Source: Bdellovibrionota bacterium
Lineage (GTDB): Bacteria; Bdellovibrionota; UBA1018; CAIPTA01; JAALKR01
Reading direction: 5' to 3'
NCBI GenBank assembly: GCA_965207455.1
Contig: CBDBMJ010000001.1
Span: 1,811,043 to 1,875,042 of the forward strand
DNA: 64,000 nt
Under the pieces are notes generated by a model, which was given only the letters and a program-made list of their open reading frames with translations, was not told the origin of the DNA and ran no database searches. The number at the start of each line of letters is the position of its first letter. The first letter of the stretch is position 1. This document shows positions 17,648-27,436 of the stretch, piece after piece. A program made the position numbers and the translations under genes.

Positions 17648-18942
17648 AAAAGCTTAGGCCAAAGGAATTCTATTCTTTTTGCAATATGATATGCCAGCAG
17701 CGGAGGAACTGCATTTCCTATAAGCTTATATGCTTCTGATGTGCTCACTCCATTATCTCCTAAAAAGGAAAAATTATCTGGAAATGTTTGAATTCTTGCA
17801 CACTCCCTAATAGTAAGCCTACGTTCTATTAAATTCATTTTAAGGTCATTCTTACACAAGCCACCATGTTCAGACAATAGCCGTCGGAATTCTATATTCC
17901 CATGGTGCTCTGCTCGAATAGTTGGGCCAATCGTGTCGAGATTAATCTCTCTATTGCCCTGACAGTGTTTCCCATACCATTTTGCCCTTGAGTATGCTTT
18001 TTGATTAATATCACTTGTCTGATCTGGCTCTTTCAAATCTTTAAATATTGTCCTAAGAGGTACAAAGGTTTTTAAATTTTGCAAATTAATTTTCCCCGTA
18101 GCATGTGTTTTTTTCGGCAGTGGTGAATAATTTTCAGGAATTATATCTTTAGATAGCTCCTTCATAGCTTGTGGTCGCAATGAATCTTTTCTAAACCCAA
18201 TAAAGAAAACTCGCTCTCTTGACTGAGGCACACCATATTCTGCCGAGTTCAGCAATTTTCCATCAATAACAATATACCCACCATCTCCAATATTTTTAAA
18301 ATCTTCTTGTATTATTTCTTTTACATCATGTAATGAAATCAATCCCTTAACATTCTCTGCAATAAAAATCTTGGGCTGGACAATATCAATCACCTCTCTC
18401 ATCCAAGTGTAAAGCATCCCTCGATTATCTTCATTTACATGTTTTAAATCACTGCCTTTATGACTCTTATGAGATGAAAATCCCTTTCTTTTCCCTGCAA
18501 GGGAAAAATCTTGACAAGGAAAACCACCTGTAAGTACATCCACATTATTGGGAAATAGATTTTTCTCTCCATCCCAATGCCTTTTCACCCTGTCAACAAT
18601 ACTTTCCAAATGAAAGGAGCCAACCTCATAATGCTGATTGAAGAAATTAGACCAGACCTTCCGAGCCCCTAGCCTGATATCATTGGCAAAAATTGTTTTA
18701 AATCTTGTTGGCTGAAGCCTAACTTGTGATTTTTTTGTTCTTTCCTGCACCCATTGAGCATGGATATTTTCATTTATACATGCTCGATGTACCTCAAATC
18801 CACCCTCAAACCCCAAGTCCATACCTCCACAACCACTGAAGAGACTTAAAACGTTTAAATCTTTTTCATATTTTTTTTTATTATATTCCTGACCGGATTT
18901 TCTCATCCGCAAATCATCTGATATCTTTTGAGCTTTCATCAT
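17626..18942 (-). CDS. dcm: DNA (cytosine-5) methyltransferase
   Basis: LFSGCGG, GFPCQDFS, ENVKG, PQSRERVF, RECARIQTFPD and IGNAVPP motifs. Confidence 0.95.
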   Translation of the reverse strand: MMKAQKISDDLRMRKSGQEYNKKKYEKDLNVLSLFSGCGGMDLGFEGGFEVHRACINENIHAQWVQERTKKSQVRLQPTRFKTIFANDIRLGARKVWSNFFNQHYEVGSFHLESIVDRVKRHWDGEKNLFPNNVDVLTGGFPCQDFSLAGKRKGFSSHKSHKGSDLKHVNEDNRGMLYTWMREVIDIVQPKIFIAENVKGLISLHDVKEIIQEDFKNIGDGGYIVIDGKLLNSAEYGVPQSRERVFFIGFRKDSLRPQAMKELSKDIIPENYSPLPKKTHATGKINLQNLKTFVPLRTIFKDLKEPDQTSDINQKAYSRAKWYGKHCQGNREINLDTIGPTIRAEHHGNIEFRRLLSEHGGLCKNDLKMNLIERRLTIRECARIQTFPDNFSFLGDNGVSTSEAYKLIGNAVPPLLAYHIAKRIEFLWPKLFYRSRHS

Positions 18943-19131
18943 TATAACCTATCTCTATTCCTCCACTATTACAATAATCGCTATCTTCATAACGTTCACT
19001 TAAACTAAATATCTCTCAACCAAGAAAATGCGATGCAAAACCTCCTCCTGAAAAAACCTAACCTCTCCAATAAATGCTCCTCCCATCGCCACGCATCTGA
19101 TGCACAGATCTTTCCGACTCGATGCGCTGAT

Positions 19132-19236
19132 CAACTCATTATTGATATAAAAAAGAAGCAGCCCAAGTTCCAAGAATTTTCAAAGGAATAGAAAGATTTC
19201 TTTATAGAGAAAATACTAGAAGAATATAATTCGTAG
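19132..19236 (+). pseudogene. Relic of the 56-aa small gene
   Basis: QLIIDIKKKQPKFQEFSKE*KDFFIEKILEEYNS*; internal TAG where the intact copy has CAG. Confidence 0.75.
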
Positions 19237-19290
19237 TATCTACTGTCTGATTATCAGACATCACACCAACAAAAACACTCCCCCCAGAGA
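19237..19290 (+). repeat. Partial element A with perfect palindrome TGTCTGA-TTA-TCAGACA (19244-19260)
   Basis: Direct match to 10797-10850. Confidence 0.8.
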
Positions 19291-19370
19291 ACATCTTCCG
19301 CTATCTCCAACGGCTCAAAAATTGCTTCTATAAAGTTCCAGTCAACAAATTTCATAAGAGAGGATTTTAA

Positions 19371-20588
19371 ATGACCGCAGAAGTTTCCATAATGAATAGG
19401 TCAGCAGTAGCCCTAGCCGCCGACAGTGCCATTACCACTATAGACAATAAGGTACATAAAACGGGAAGCAAGCTGTTTGCAGTAAATCATGGAATGCCCA
19501 TTGGAATTATGTTTTACGGAAGCACCACTTTACTCGGTATACCTCTAGAAACAGCTCTATCCTCATTTAGAAAACATATAGATAAAAGAAAATTTAAAAC
19601 AGTAAAAGAATGTGGAAAATCATTTATCAATTTTTTAAGTAGCAATGAAATCCTGTATCCTACTGACGTACAGAAAAAATATTATTTAGATTATCTAAAT
19701 CTTTCTATAAGAAAGCATCTAGATAATATGAATAAAGAAATTATCAGAAATATGTTTCAGGAGGAATTTAAAAAATGGAATAACGCACCCTATGTTGATG
19801 GAATGGTAGAGAACGATAAGGATAAATTACTCATAAAATATGAGATTGATTTTAGCCATATTATCGATAAGGCTTTTAAAAATCACTCTCTGAATGGCAT
19901 GCCCAAAACCGATTTATATAATTTATGCGCAAACTACGCCTGCAAAGCGATTCTCTCTGACGAATATAAAAGTGGCGTAGTGTTCTGTGGGTTTGGCGAG
20001 GAAGAAAACTACCCCAGTCTTTATGCCGTAGAGTTAGAATTAATTGTTCAAAATAAACTGAAATTTATTGTTTCCCATCAATTCAAAACTACAGATTCCG
20101 ACCCAGCTTCAATACATCCATTTGCACAGAGAGAAGCGATAATATCATTCCTCCGAGGAATTGATCCTAAGTTCTTAAATTGCATTCATGGGTATATGAT
20201 AAATATTTTTGGGACGATCGATAGTTCAATAAAAAATGAGTTTCCTGATCAAATTGACGTACAAAAAAAGCTGATGCTTTTGATTGAGCATTTAAAGCAA
20301 AAGTCTATTTCTAACATATTCAAAGAATTAGGCGCAGTAAGTGAGAAAGACTTTATCAATCCCACGATAAACGCCACAGAAACTCTATCTAAAGATGACC
20401 TAGCTCATATGGCTGAAACATTAGTGAGCCTAGCTTCTTTCAGGCAAAAAATGTCGCCGAACTTAGAAACTATTTGCGAACCTATTGATGTTGCTGTAAT
20501 ATCAAAGAAAGATGGATTTATCTGGATTAAACGAAAACATTATTTCAAGCCAGAAATGAATCCCAGTTACTTCGGAGGAATACAATGA
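19371..20588 (+). CDS. Proteasome beta-subunit/HslV-like Ntn hydrolase with large insertion (405 aa)
   Basis: After Met removal: Thr1, Asp17 (AADS), Lys33 (SKLF); C-terminal PIDVAVISK; GAGG RBS. Confidence 0.75.
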   Translation: MTAEVSIMNRSAVALAADSAITTIDNKVHKTGSKLFAVNHGMPIGIMFYGSTTLLGIPLETALSSFRKHIDKRKFKTVKECGKSFINFLSSNEILYPTDVQKKYYLDYLNLSIRKHLDNMNKEIIRNMFQEEFKKWNNAPYVDGMVENDKDKLLIKYEIDFSHIIDKAFKNHSLNGMPKTDLYNLCANYACKAILSDEYKSGVVFCGFGEEENYPSLYAVELELIVQNKLKFIVSHQFKTTDSDPASIHPFAQREAIISFLRGIDPKFLNCIHGYMINIFGTIDSSIKNEFPDQIDVQKKLMLLIEHLKQKSISNIFKELGAVSEKDFINPTINATETLSKDDLAHMAETLVSLASFRQKMSPNLETICEPIDVAVISKKDGFIWIKRKHYFKPEMNPSYFGGIQ

Positions 20589-20824
20589 CTAAAAATAAGA
20601 AAAAAAAAGAAAAGGTATACACATCATACGATCAGTATCTTAGGGAATTTTTAGGTATCGATACTACTCCTAAGGTGAATTTCCACGATGACCCTTATGA
20701 GTACGGTAGGCAAATGGCAGACAGAACAATGAAAGAGGTTCTCAAAGCATTTAACGAATCTAAAAAACGCCTAGAAAAGTCATCAAGCATACAAAAATCA
20801 AAGCCAATTACTTCGAAAAAATGA
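20585..20824 (+). CDS. Small charged partner protein (79 aa)
   Basis: ATGA overlap with the upstream gene; GGAGG RBS; paralogue at 15690. Confidence 0.75.
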   Translation: MTKNKKKKEKVYTSYDQYLREFLGIDTTPKVNFHDDPYEYGRQMADRTMKEVLKAFNESKKRLEKSSSIQKSKPITSKK

Positions 20825-20888
20825 AATAACTAAAAAGAAAAGGGGCGAAGGTATAATGCTAGAAACAAATACTTCTATTAAAACCAGG

Positions 20889-21078
20889 TATCTATCGTCC
20901 GATTATCAGACATCGCACCAACAAGCGCATACCTCAGAGTAGACCTTACAATTTCCCCAGTAGCAAAAAATAACCTCTATTCACACCTTCCGCAACATGC
21001 AGATGACCTCAAGATTTCCCTTGACTAGTCCATAAGTTTAGTTTAATTATAAAGCATATTTAATCAGGTCATTAAGAG
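20889..21078 (+). repeat. Element A, second long copy
   Basis: TATCTATCGTCCGATTATCAGACATCGCACCAACA...CCTCTATTCACACC...TTGACTA, homologous to 10797-10985. Confidence 0.8.
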
Positions 21079-21300
21079 GAAAAGACAAAGGACGATAATG
21101 GAAAAAGGGAAGTACTATGGATCTCTCATAAAATGCCTTTTCTGTGTTTTTTCCTCAGTATTTGCCCTTGTAATTACAAGCATTGCATTCAAAAGTCTTA
21201 TCGGTTTCGATAAACTGGCTCTTCTAAAAAAAATCTTTTTTTATTAATAATAACGCTCTAACAGTCAAGGATTCTCCCATGAGTTTGGAAAAACTTATAG

Positions 21301-22200
21301 AATCCCAAAAAATTAGAAAGACTTCATGAGGTCATGGCAGATATGCCTTTTATTATCGATCTAACTACTGAAAGCACATTTTCAAACAAGGAAATAGACC
21401 GAATGCTTTATGCGGACAGTGACGGTTACCGCGAATAGACCGATTTCTTAAAGAGAATGCGTGAAAAGTTTAATATTATTCCAACAATAAACTACCATCC
21501 ACAAAAAGAGAAGGAAGTAGAGAAGCAAATCAATAATTTAAATATAACCTTTCCTTACCTAGCTATTCGAGTAGAAGTTTTTGAAGAAAAAACAATTGAA
21601 TATATAAAAAATATCCTCTCTTTTTGTGGTAATTTTCTCTTTAAAATAATTTTAATCTTAGATGGAAAATTTATATCTGTAAATGATGAGAAAAAGAAAA
21701 ACTCTTTTAAAACAGAAGTGCAGAAAATAGTTAAATCAACTCAAACAAATAACTATTTTCCTACTATAATATGTGCCTTCTCAAGCTTCCCAAAGTCCGT
21801 TATAGAGTATGGTGAAGATTCTGAAGGTGAATTTGAACTAATTGAACATAAAACTAATCAGGAAATTATCTCATCCCTAAATAATAATAAAATTTACCAT
21901 GGAGATTACGGCACTATCCATCCTGTTAGATATGATACCGGCGGTGGGGGATGGATTCCTAGAATTGATGTCCCACTGGATAATGAGTGCTTTTATTATC
22001 GCTATCGAAGAGATGACGGTTCTTACGCTCGTTGCGCCAAAAAAATCATGGACGATAGTAGATATAAAGCAATAGAAGATGTTAACGCCTGGGGAGACGA
22101 GGAAATTAAATATGCTGCCTGGGTGAACCTAGAGGCAGAAGCCCCTCTCACTGGATATCTGTTAGAGCTAATTTACATATGACAAGACAATACTTTAAAT
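21301..22200 (+). pseudogene. T4 beta-family protein, decayed
   Basis: YHGDYGTIHP, WIPRID motifs; in-frame TAG at 21436-21438; frameshift near 22120 before GRSPSHWISVRANLHM; 5' end missing. Confidence 0.75.
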
Positions 22201-22209
22201 TGAAAAAAC

Positions 22210-22842
22210 TCAAGCAATCTCTATCTCTTTCTTTGTAAGGATACTTATTTCTGAAAAATGAGTCTTTGGACTTCTCTCTTCCAAAAATAATTCAAATCTA
22301 TCCTGATACCTTCTTTTTAAGGCTTTTATTGCCCATTTATGCATATTTTTTTTAGTAGAACACTTTATAACTTCATTTCTTATTGAAATCATAGACTCCT
22401 TGCTATATTTCAATTTAGAGGGCATATCCTCTTTCCAAAGGAAATAACTCAAGTTACTCTTAGACGGAAGAGATTTCTTCTTGGGCTTTCGTTTTAAAAT
22501 AACCTCTTGCTTATCGGTATCAACCCAAAAGTAACCAATGTTTTTAGGTTAGCTTCTATGCTTTCCAATAAATTTTTTCGATAGTACTACATAAACTTCA
22601 TTGAATGTATCCATATAATCAGCTAACTGATCACTTAAATTAACAAGAGAATCCAACTCACTTTTTATCTCATAGGCAACCAATGAATTTTCTTTGAGCT
22701 CCACAATATCGGCCCATCTTCTGCCTCCTAAAAAAGGAACTTCGGCACATATTATATTATTAGAACCCCGACCTTCACGCAGGAGGTAATCAATGAGTGT
22801 CGCTTTAATTTTCTTTTCATTCCATGGTTGAATCATGACCAC
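22210..22842 (-). pseudogene. sce7726-family protein with one nonsense codon
   Basis: ADIV...YEIKSELDSL...QLADY...FNEVYVV; TAA at 22549-22551, frame continues PKNIGYFW... Confidence 0.8.
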
Positions 22843-22970
22843 AAAAGAGTAACATAAGTAGAGTCAAAGGAAAAAAGAAAAGAAAAAAAGAAGCAAAAAT
22901 AATAAATTACAGTGCTGCCACAATCAGAACTCTATCTCTCAGCTAGGATACTGTATGCTACAATAAAGGT

Positions 22971-23333
22971 ATGAAAACAAATACATCCGATAAAGCCCTG
23001 ATTCTCTTCCCGCAATCCACTCCCGGAAAAATCCTTCTTTTTATTTTCTATTTTCTCCTAAGTTTTCCAAGTACCTACTGCCTCGTTGCTGTCTACTTGT
23101 TCTCACAATTCAGATCAGCTGCCGCCCTTCATCCTGTGCTATCCCTGCCGCTTATTATTCTTATCCTCACCGGCCTTCCTCTCCTTTGTCTTGGGGCTAT
23201 TCGCTACGTACTCTTTAAATATAATTATCTTACCGTCAAAAGTGCTCCACAAACCTACTTCCTAGCACTCTTTGGATTCACAACCGTAGTTCATCTTATC
23301 CTAAGCATTTCACTCTACCTTTATGCAACATAG
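22971..23333 (+). CDS. Small membrane protein (about 3 TM)
   Basis: 120-aa hydrophobic ORF with upstream TACAAT and AAGG. Confidence 0.6.
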   Translation: MKTNTSDKALILFPQSTPGKILLFIFYFLLSFPSTYCLVAVYLFSQFRSAAALHPVLSLPLIILILTGLPLLCLGAIRYVLFKYNYLTVKSAPQTYFLALFGFTTVVHLILSISLYLYAT

Positions 23334-23500
23334 GAAAAGGCCGTCTAAAAAACAAGCCTCTTTTTACATGCTTTTTTAACCTTTAAGCAGGTTTTTATCC
23401 CTCTTACCCATAAATAAATTCAATATCTAAAAATACACTTAAAGGTTTCCGTATTTTAACCGTTAGGAAGTATAGATAGAATCAAGGAGGACGTTTTATC

Positions 23501-25929
23501 ATGGAAAATTTAAAAATTCTTGCAATCTCTTGCAATTCATCTTGTTGTCATGGGAAGAGTGTTGCGAGAACTGCTCGTCACACTAAGTGGCTAAATTATA
23601 AAAACTTGCTCCTCTATATAACACTTATTTTCATCACTGGCTGTAGTGACAGCCCCAACAATGGGCGACCTGCTATTCCTAGACCAATAATCACGTTAAC
23701 GGAAGAAACACTTAGTTATTCCACTAATCCCAATCCCAGTTTTTTGGTGTCCAATGTGGAAAATGGGCATACGGTAACTCTGCACACCGATAGCGCTTGT
23801 AGAAGTAAGCCGGTAGCATCCAGCACAGCTTCGAATAATACCGATGCAACTCTAGAGGATTCCAAAACAGCTTCTGAATATCTTGGCAAACCCTCTGACA
23901 ATTCCGTCAAACTCACACTCACATTTACACTTACAACCGGTTTGACCACCAATGGATATTATACCTATTACGCAAAACAAGTGAGCAGTTCAGGAAGATC
24001 TTCCCCTTGCTCCAATCCTGGTGTGGTATATGAATTTATAAATCCGCTTTCCTTTACAATAGCTGAAAGCTATTTTGAGGAGGGCATATACTACTCTAAG
24101 ATAAAAGCAGCAATTTTTAATTTCTCCAATGTGAGGCGTGGAGCAAATATAAGCCTACATAGTGAAAGTTGTAGTGGAACCTCACAGAGTACATTTTCAC
24201 AGCCAATCAACGGCGAACTAAGCATAAGACTAGCTAATCCCATCGAGACAATGAAATTTATACCTATTATGCTAGACATGCGAATGTGGATATGGACGAT
24301 CCTTTTGATTGCATAGAGATAAGCTATGCGTTGGATAGAATTGCAATTGCACCCAGCTTAGCTCTGGATAGACTTAAAAGCCTTGGCAACAATACCAACC
24401 CAGGATTTTTAGTGTCTAATCTGGAAAATGAAGCCACAGTAAGCCTACATACTGATAGTAATTGCGAGGAAGAAAGCCAAGTATCTTCTGGCACATTCTC
24501 TAGCACATCTTCCGAGGCATCTTCCGACGCACCCTCTGATAACTCCATTTTACTGAACGTTGCTCTAAGTAGTGATGGATCAAATACCTATTATGCAAAA
24601 CAAGTGGATAGATTGGGAAATTCTTCCCCTTGCAGTCCCGGTGTGAAATATAAATTAGATACAGTAATTCCCACAACACCAACAATAGCACTTGCCGATG
24701 AAAGCACCACTCCTTCTTATAATTTCAAACCCATCTTTGCTCTATCTGGCATAGAAAGTGGAGCTAGGGTAAGTCTGCATACTGATAGTGCATGCACAAG
24801 GGCAAGTCGGGTAGGTTTAAGAGTAGCTAGAGACAGCTCTATCAATTTAGAAATCCTACTCAACAATGCAGGACCAGCCACCTATTATGTAAAACAAACA
24901 GATATAGCAGGGAATTCTTCCTCATGCTCTATTTCAGGTGTGGAATATGAACTACAGTTCGATGATAATTTTGTTACCGAATGGGAATTCACCAGTTCAG
25001 ACAATCTTGAGCTCGACCTATCTGGAACACTGGATTCTATGAACCATTACTATGACTTCACTGTAAACTGGGGCGATGGAAATTCTGATCGAATTCAAAA
25101 CATAACTATCCCAATAACTATCCCAAACTTTAAACATACCTACCTCAATGTTGGACCCCACACTGTAACCCTTAGTATTGCACCTCTTGATAATGATAAT
25201 TCAAAGAGAGAAGCACCAAGTATACAGTTTGGCCCCTCTTGTACCTCGTACAATGCCAGTCTTAAAAAAGTCATCAATCTTGGAGATATGAATTGGATTA
25301 CTTTTGAAAGTATGTTTGAGAATTGTAGTGACTTAACTACTGTGGGCTTTAAGTTCGGATCGGATATTCTTGGAGTAAAATCTATGAAGAGTATGTTTAA
25401 GGGAGCAACTTCTGCTAACCCGGATGTATCCAATTGGAATCTACATAATGTAACCACTATGGAAAGCATGTTTGAGGGGGCTACTGCTGCCAACCCAGAT
25501 GTATCTAATTGGCGTGTGGCTACTGTAAGCTCTATGAAGAATATGTTTTATGAAGCAACCAGCGCTAACCCGGATGTATCCCATTGGGATGTGAGTAGTG
25601 TAACCACTATGAAGAGTATGTTTTATAGAGCAACCAGCGCTAACCCGGATGTATCCAGTTGGGTTCTAAGCGATATAACTTCTATGAAGAGTATGTTTGG
25701 CGAAGCAAGTGCTTTCTCTAGTGACAACTACAGCAATTTCTTAAAAAAGCTCGCAACAGGCTATCTAGAACTCGACCTTGACCTTGGAACATCTGTTGCA
25801 AAATACAATGCTTGCGGAAAAAAAGCGCAGGATATACTAACAACTGCGGGTTGGACTATTAACGACGGCGGATGTTTTTCTTCAGACTCGGACGATTGCT
25901 CTCCAGACAGTTGTTTGGAAAGCTTTTAG
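23501..25929 (+). pseudogene. Surface lipoprotein with Ig-like repeats and DUF285/BspA repeats, split by a frameshift
   Basis: Lipobox ITG-C; recurring V(T/S)LHTDSxC...YY(A/V)KQ...SSxCS modules; 25-aa PDVSxW...MxSMF repeats; the second frame carries IYTYYARH from about 24247. Confidence 0.75.
25380..25700 (+). repeat. 75-bp tandem coding repeats (DUF285-type)
   Basis: GATGTATC recurs at 25423, 25498, 25573 and 25648. Confidence 0.85.
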
Positions 25930-26077
25930 GGTCTTTACCCGAGTCTCTCACTCCGTTATCCTGCAAAGTCAAAAGCAAGATACCAAAAAATGTATCTTTC
26001 TTGCTCTTATACATTGACGCAGCGCAAATATTCCTGTACACTTCAACAAAATAACAAAAACATAAAAAAGGAAGACT

Positions 26078-26242
26078 ATGAAAAATGAAAAAATGGGAAC
26101 AGTCGAAGCCCAACCAAATCGTAGAACCCAAGAGGATCGCAGGGATCCGCAGAATCGCAGAGATTCCCAAGATCGCAGGCAGCAGGGAGAACGCAGGGAT
26201 CCCCAAGATCGCCGAGGCCCACAGGATCGCAGGGATCCATAG
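26078..26242 (+). CDS. 54-aa DRR-repeat microprotein not in the ORF track
   Basis: MKNEKMGTVEAQPNRRTQEDRRDPQNRRDSQDRRQQGERRDPQDRRGPQDRRDP; AAGGAAG RBS; RR kept by four different codon pairs. Confidence 0.6.
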   Translation: MKNEKMGTVEAQPNRRTQEDRRDPQNRRDSQDRRQQGERRDPQDRRGPQDRRDP

Positions 26243-26272
26243 GATCGCAGGGATCCATAGGATCGCAGGAAT
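26117..26272 (+). repeat. 18-bp tandem repeat (about 9 units, consensus GATCGCAGGGATCCNCAG)
   Basis: Directly visible periodicity. Confidence 0.9.
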
Positions 26273-26362
26273 TAAGTTTGCCGTAGCGACCAATAGACCC
26301 TTGCGCCCTTGGATTTTTCGTCCTATCGTAGCTCATTATAGCTGAACAAAAGGAGTAAAATT

Positions 26363-27427
26363 ATGGAAACAACCACAACCCACGACGATGTAAAAAAATA
26401 CTACGGAGAATCCTTGCAATCTTCCAAGGATCTAAAAACAGGAATTTGCTGTTCCATGGAGGCCATGCCCATCCACAGTCGCGAAGCCCTGAAAAATGTT
26501 CACCACGAAGTCCTGGACCGTTTCTATGGTTGCGGATCTCCCATCCCACCCCTTGTAAAGGACGCACAAGTCTTGGATCTTGGCTGCGGCACTGGACGGG
26601 ATTGCTATATATTAAGTCAACTCGTTGGACCCAACGGATTCGTAACGGGCGTGGATATGACCCAGGAGCAACTCCAGGTAGCCGAAAAGTACATTCCATG
26701 GCATATGGAAAAATTTCAATATTCCAAACCAAACGTGGCCTTTAAGCATGCCTATATTGAGGACTTAAAAGCAGCGGATATCGCCGATAACAGTATGGAT
26801 TTGGTGGTATCCAATTGTGTAGTGAATCTTTCACCGAACAAAGAAAAGGTACTGGCAGAGATATTTCGAGTGCTAAAGCCTGGGGGAGAGTTATATTTTT
26901 CCGACATTTTCACCAACCGAAGGGTTCCAGAAGAGTTGAAAAAAGACCCCGTTCTTAGAGGTGAGTGCCTAAGCGGTGCTCTCTATATAGAAGATTTCCG
27001 ACGACTCCTACGAAATAATAATTGTCTGGACTACCGAACAGTAAACACTGCTCTCGCTCCCCTAATGGATCCGAAGATTATTGCCAAACTGGGTATGATA
27101 GATTTCTACTCGCTCACGATTCGCGCCTTCAAGTGCAACTTTGAAGATGTCTGCGAAGACTACGGTCAGGTGGCATGGTACAAGGGCACCATACCTAGCA
27201 ACCCCCATAGTTTTGTCCTGGACGACCACCACGAATTTAAAACGAACCAGCCCATGCTCGTGTGTGGCAATACAGCAAAGATGATTAGCGAAACTCGCTA
27301 TGGAAAGCATTTCCGGGTGGAGGGAAACACGGACACGCACTACGGTGCCTTTGATTGTGCTCCCCTCGGTTCTAGCGAAAAACACTCTAACGAAAAATCA
27401 TCGACCACAACCAGCTCTTGCTGCTAA
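26363..27427 (+). CDS. arsM: Arsenite methyltransferase-like SAM methyltransferase (AS3MT/ArsM type)
   Basis: VKKYYG, CC, FYGCGSP, VLDLGCGTGRD, SNCVVNL, GECLSGAL, CEDYGQ and terminal CC. Confidence 0.85.
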   Translation: METTTTHDDVKKYYGESLQSSKDLKTGICCSMEAMPIHSREALKNVHHEVLDRFYGCGSPIPPLVKDAQVLDLGCGTGRDCYILSQLVGPNGFVTGVDMTQEQLQVAEKYIPWHMEKFQYSKPNVAFKHAYIEDLKAADIADNSMDLVVSNCVVNLSPNKEKVLAEIFRVLKPGGELYFSDIFTNRRVPEELKKDPVLRGECLSGALYIEDFRRLLRNNNCLDYRTVNTALAPLMDPKIIAKLGMIDFYSLTIRAFKCNFEDVCEDYGQVAWYKGTIPSNPHSFVLDDHHEFKTNQPMLVCGNTAKMISETRYGKHFRVEGNTDTHYGAFDCAPLGSSEKHSNEKSSTTTSSCC

Positions 27428-27436
27428 CATATAGTT

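Noticed and set aside
26240..26260. TAG-to-Gln recoding
   Set aside because: Core genes such as lepA, rpmE and mlaD end in TAG and prfA is intact; one CAG>TAG change followed by unit duplication suffices
26085..26345. RIAGI-repeat ORF (+) and DPCDP-repeat ORF (-) as RiPP precursor or metallothionein
   Set aside because: Synonymous variation and RBS spacing favour the DRR frame; no RiPP maturase seen; not fully excluded
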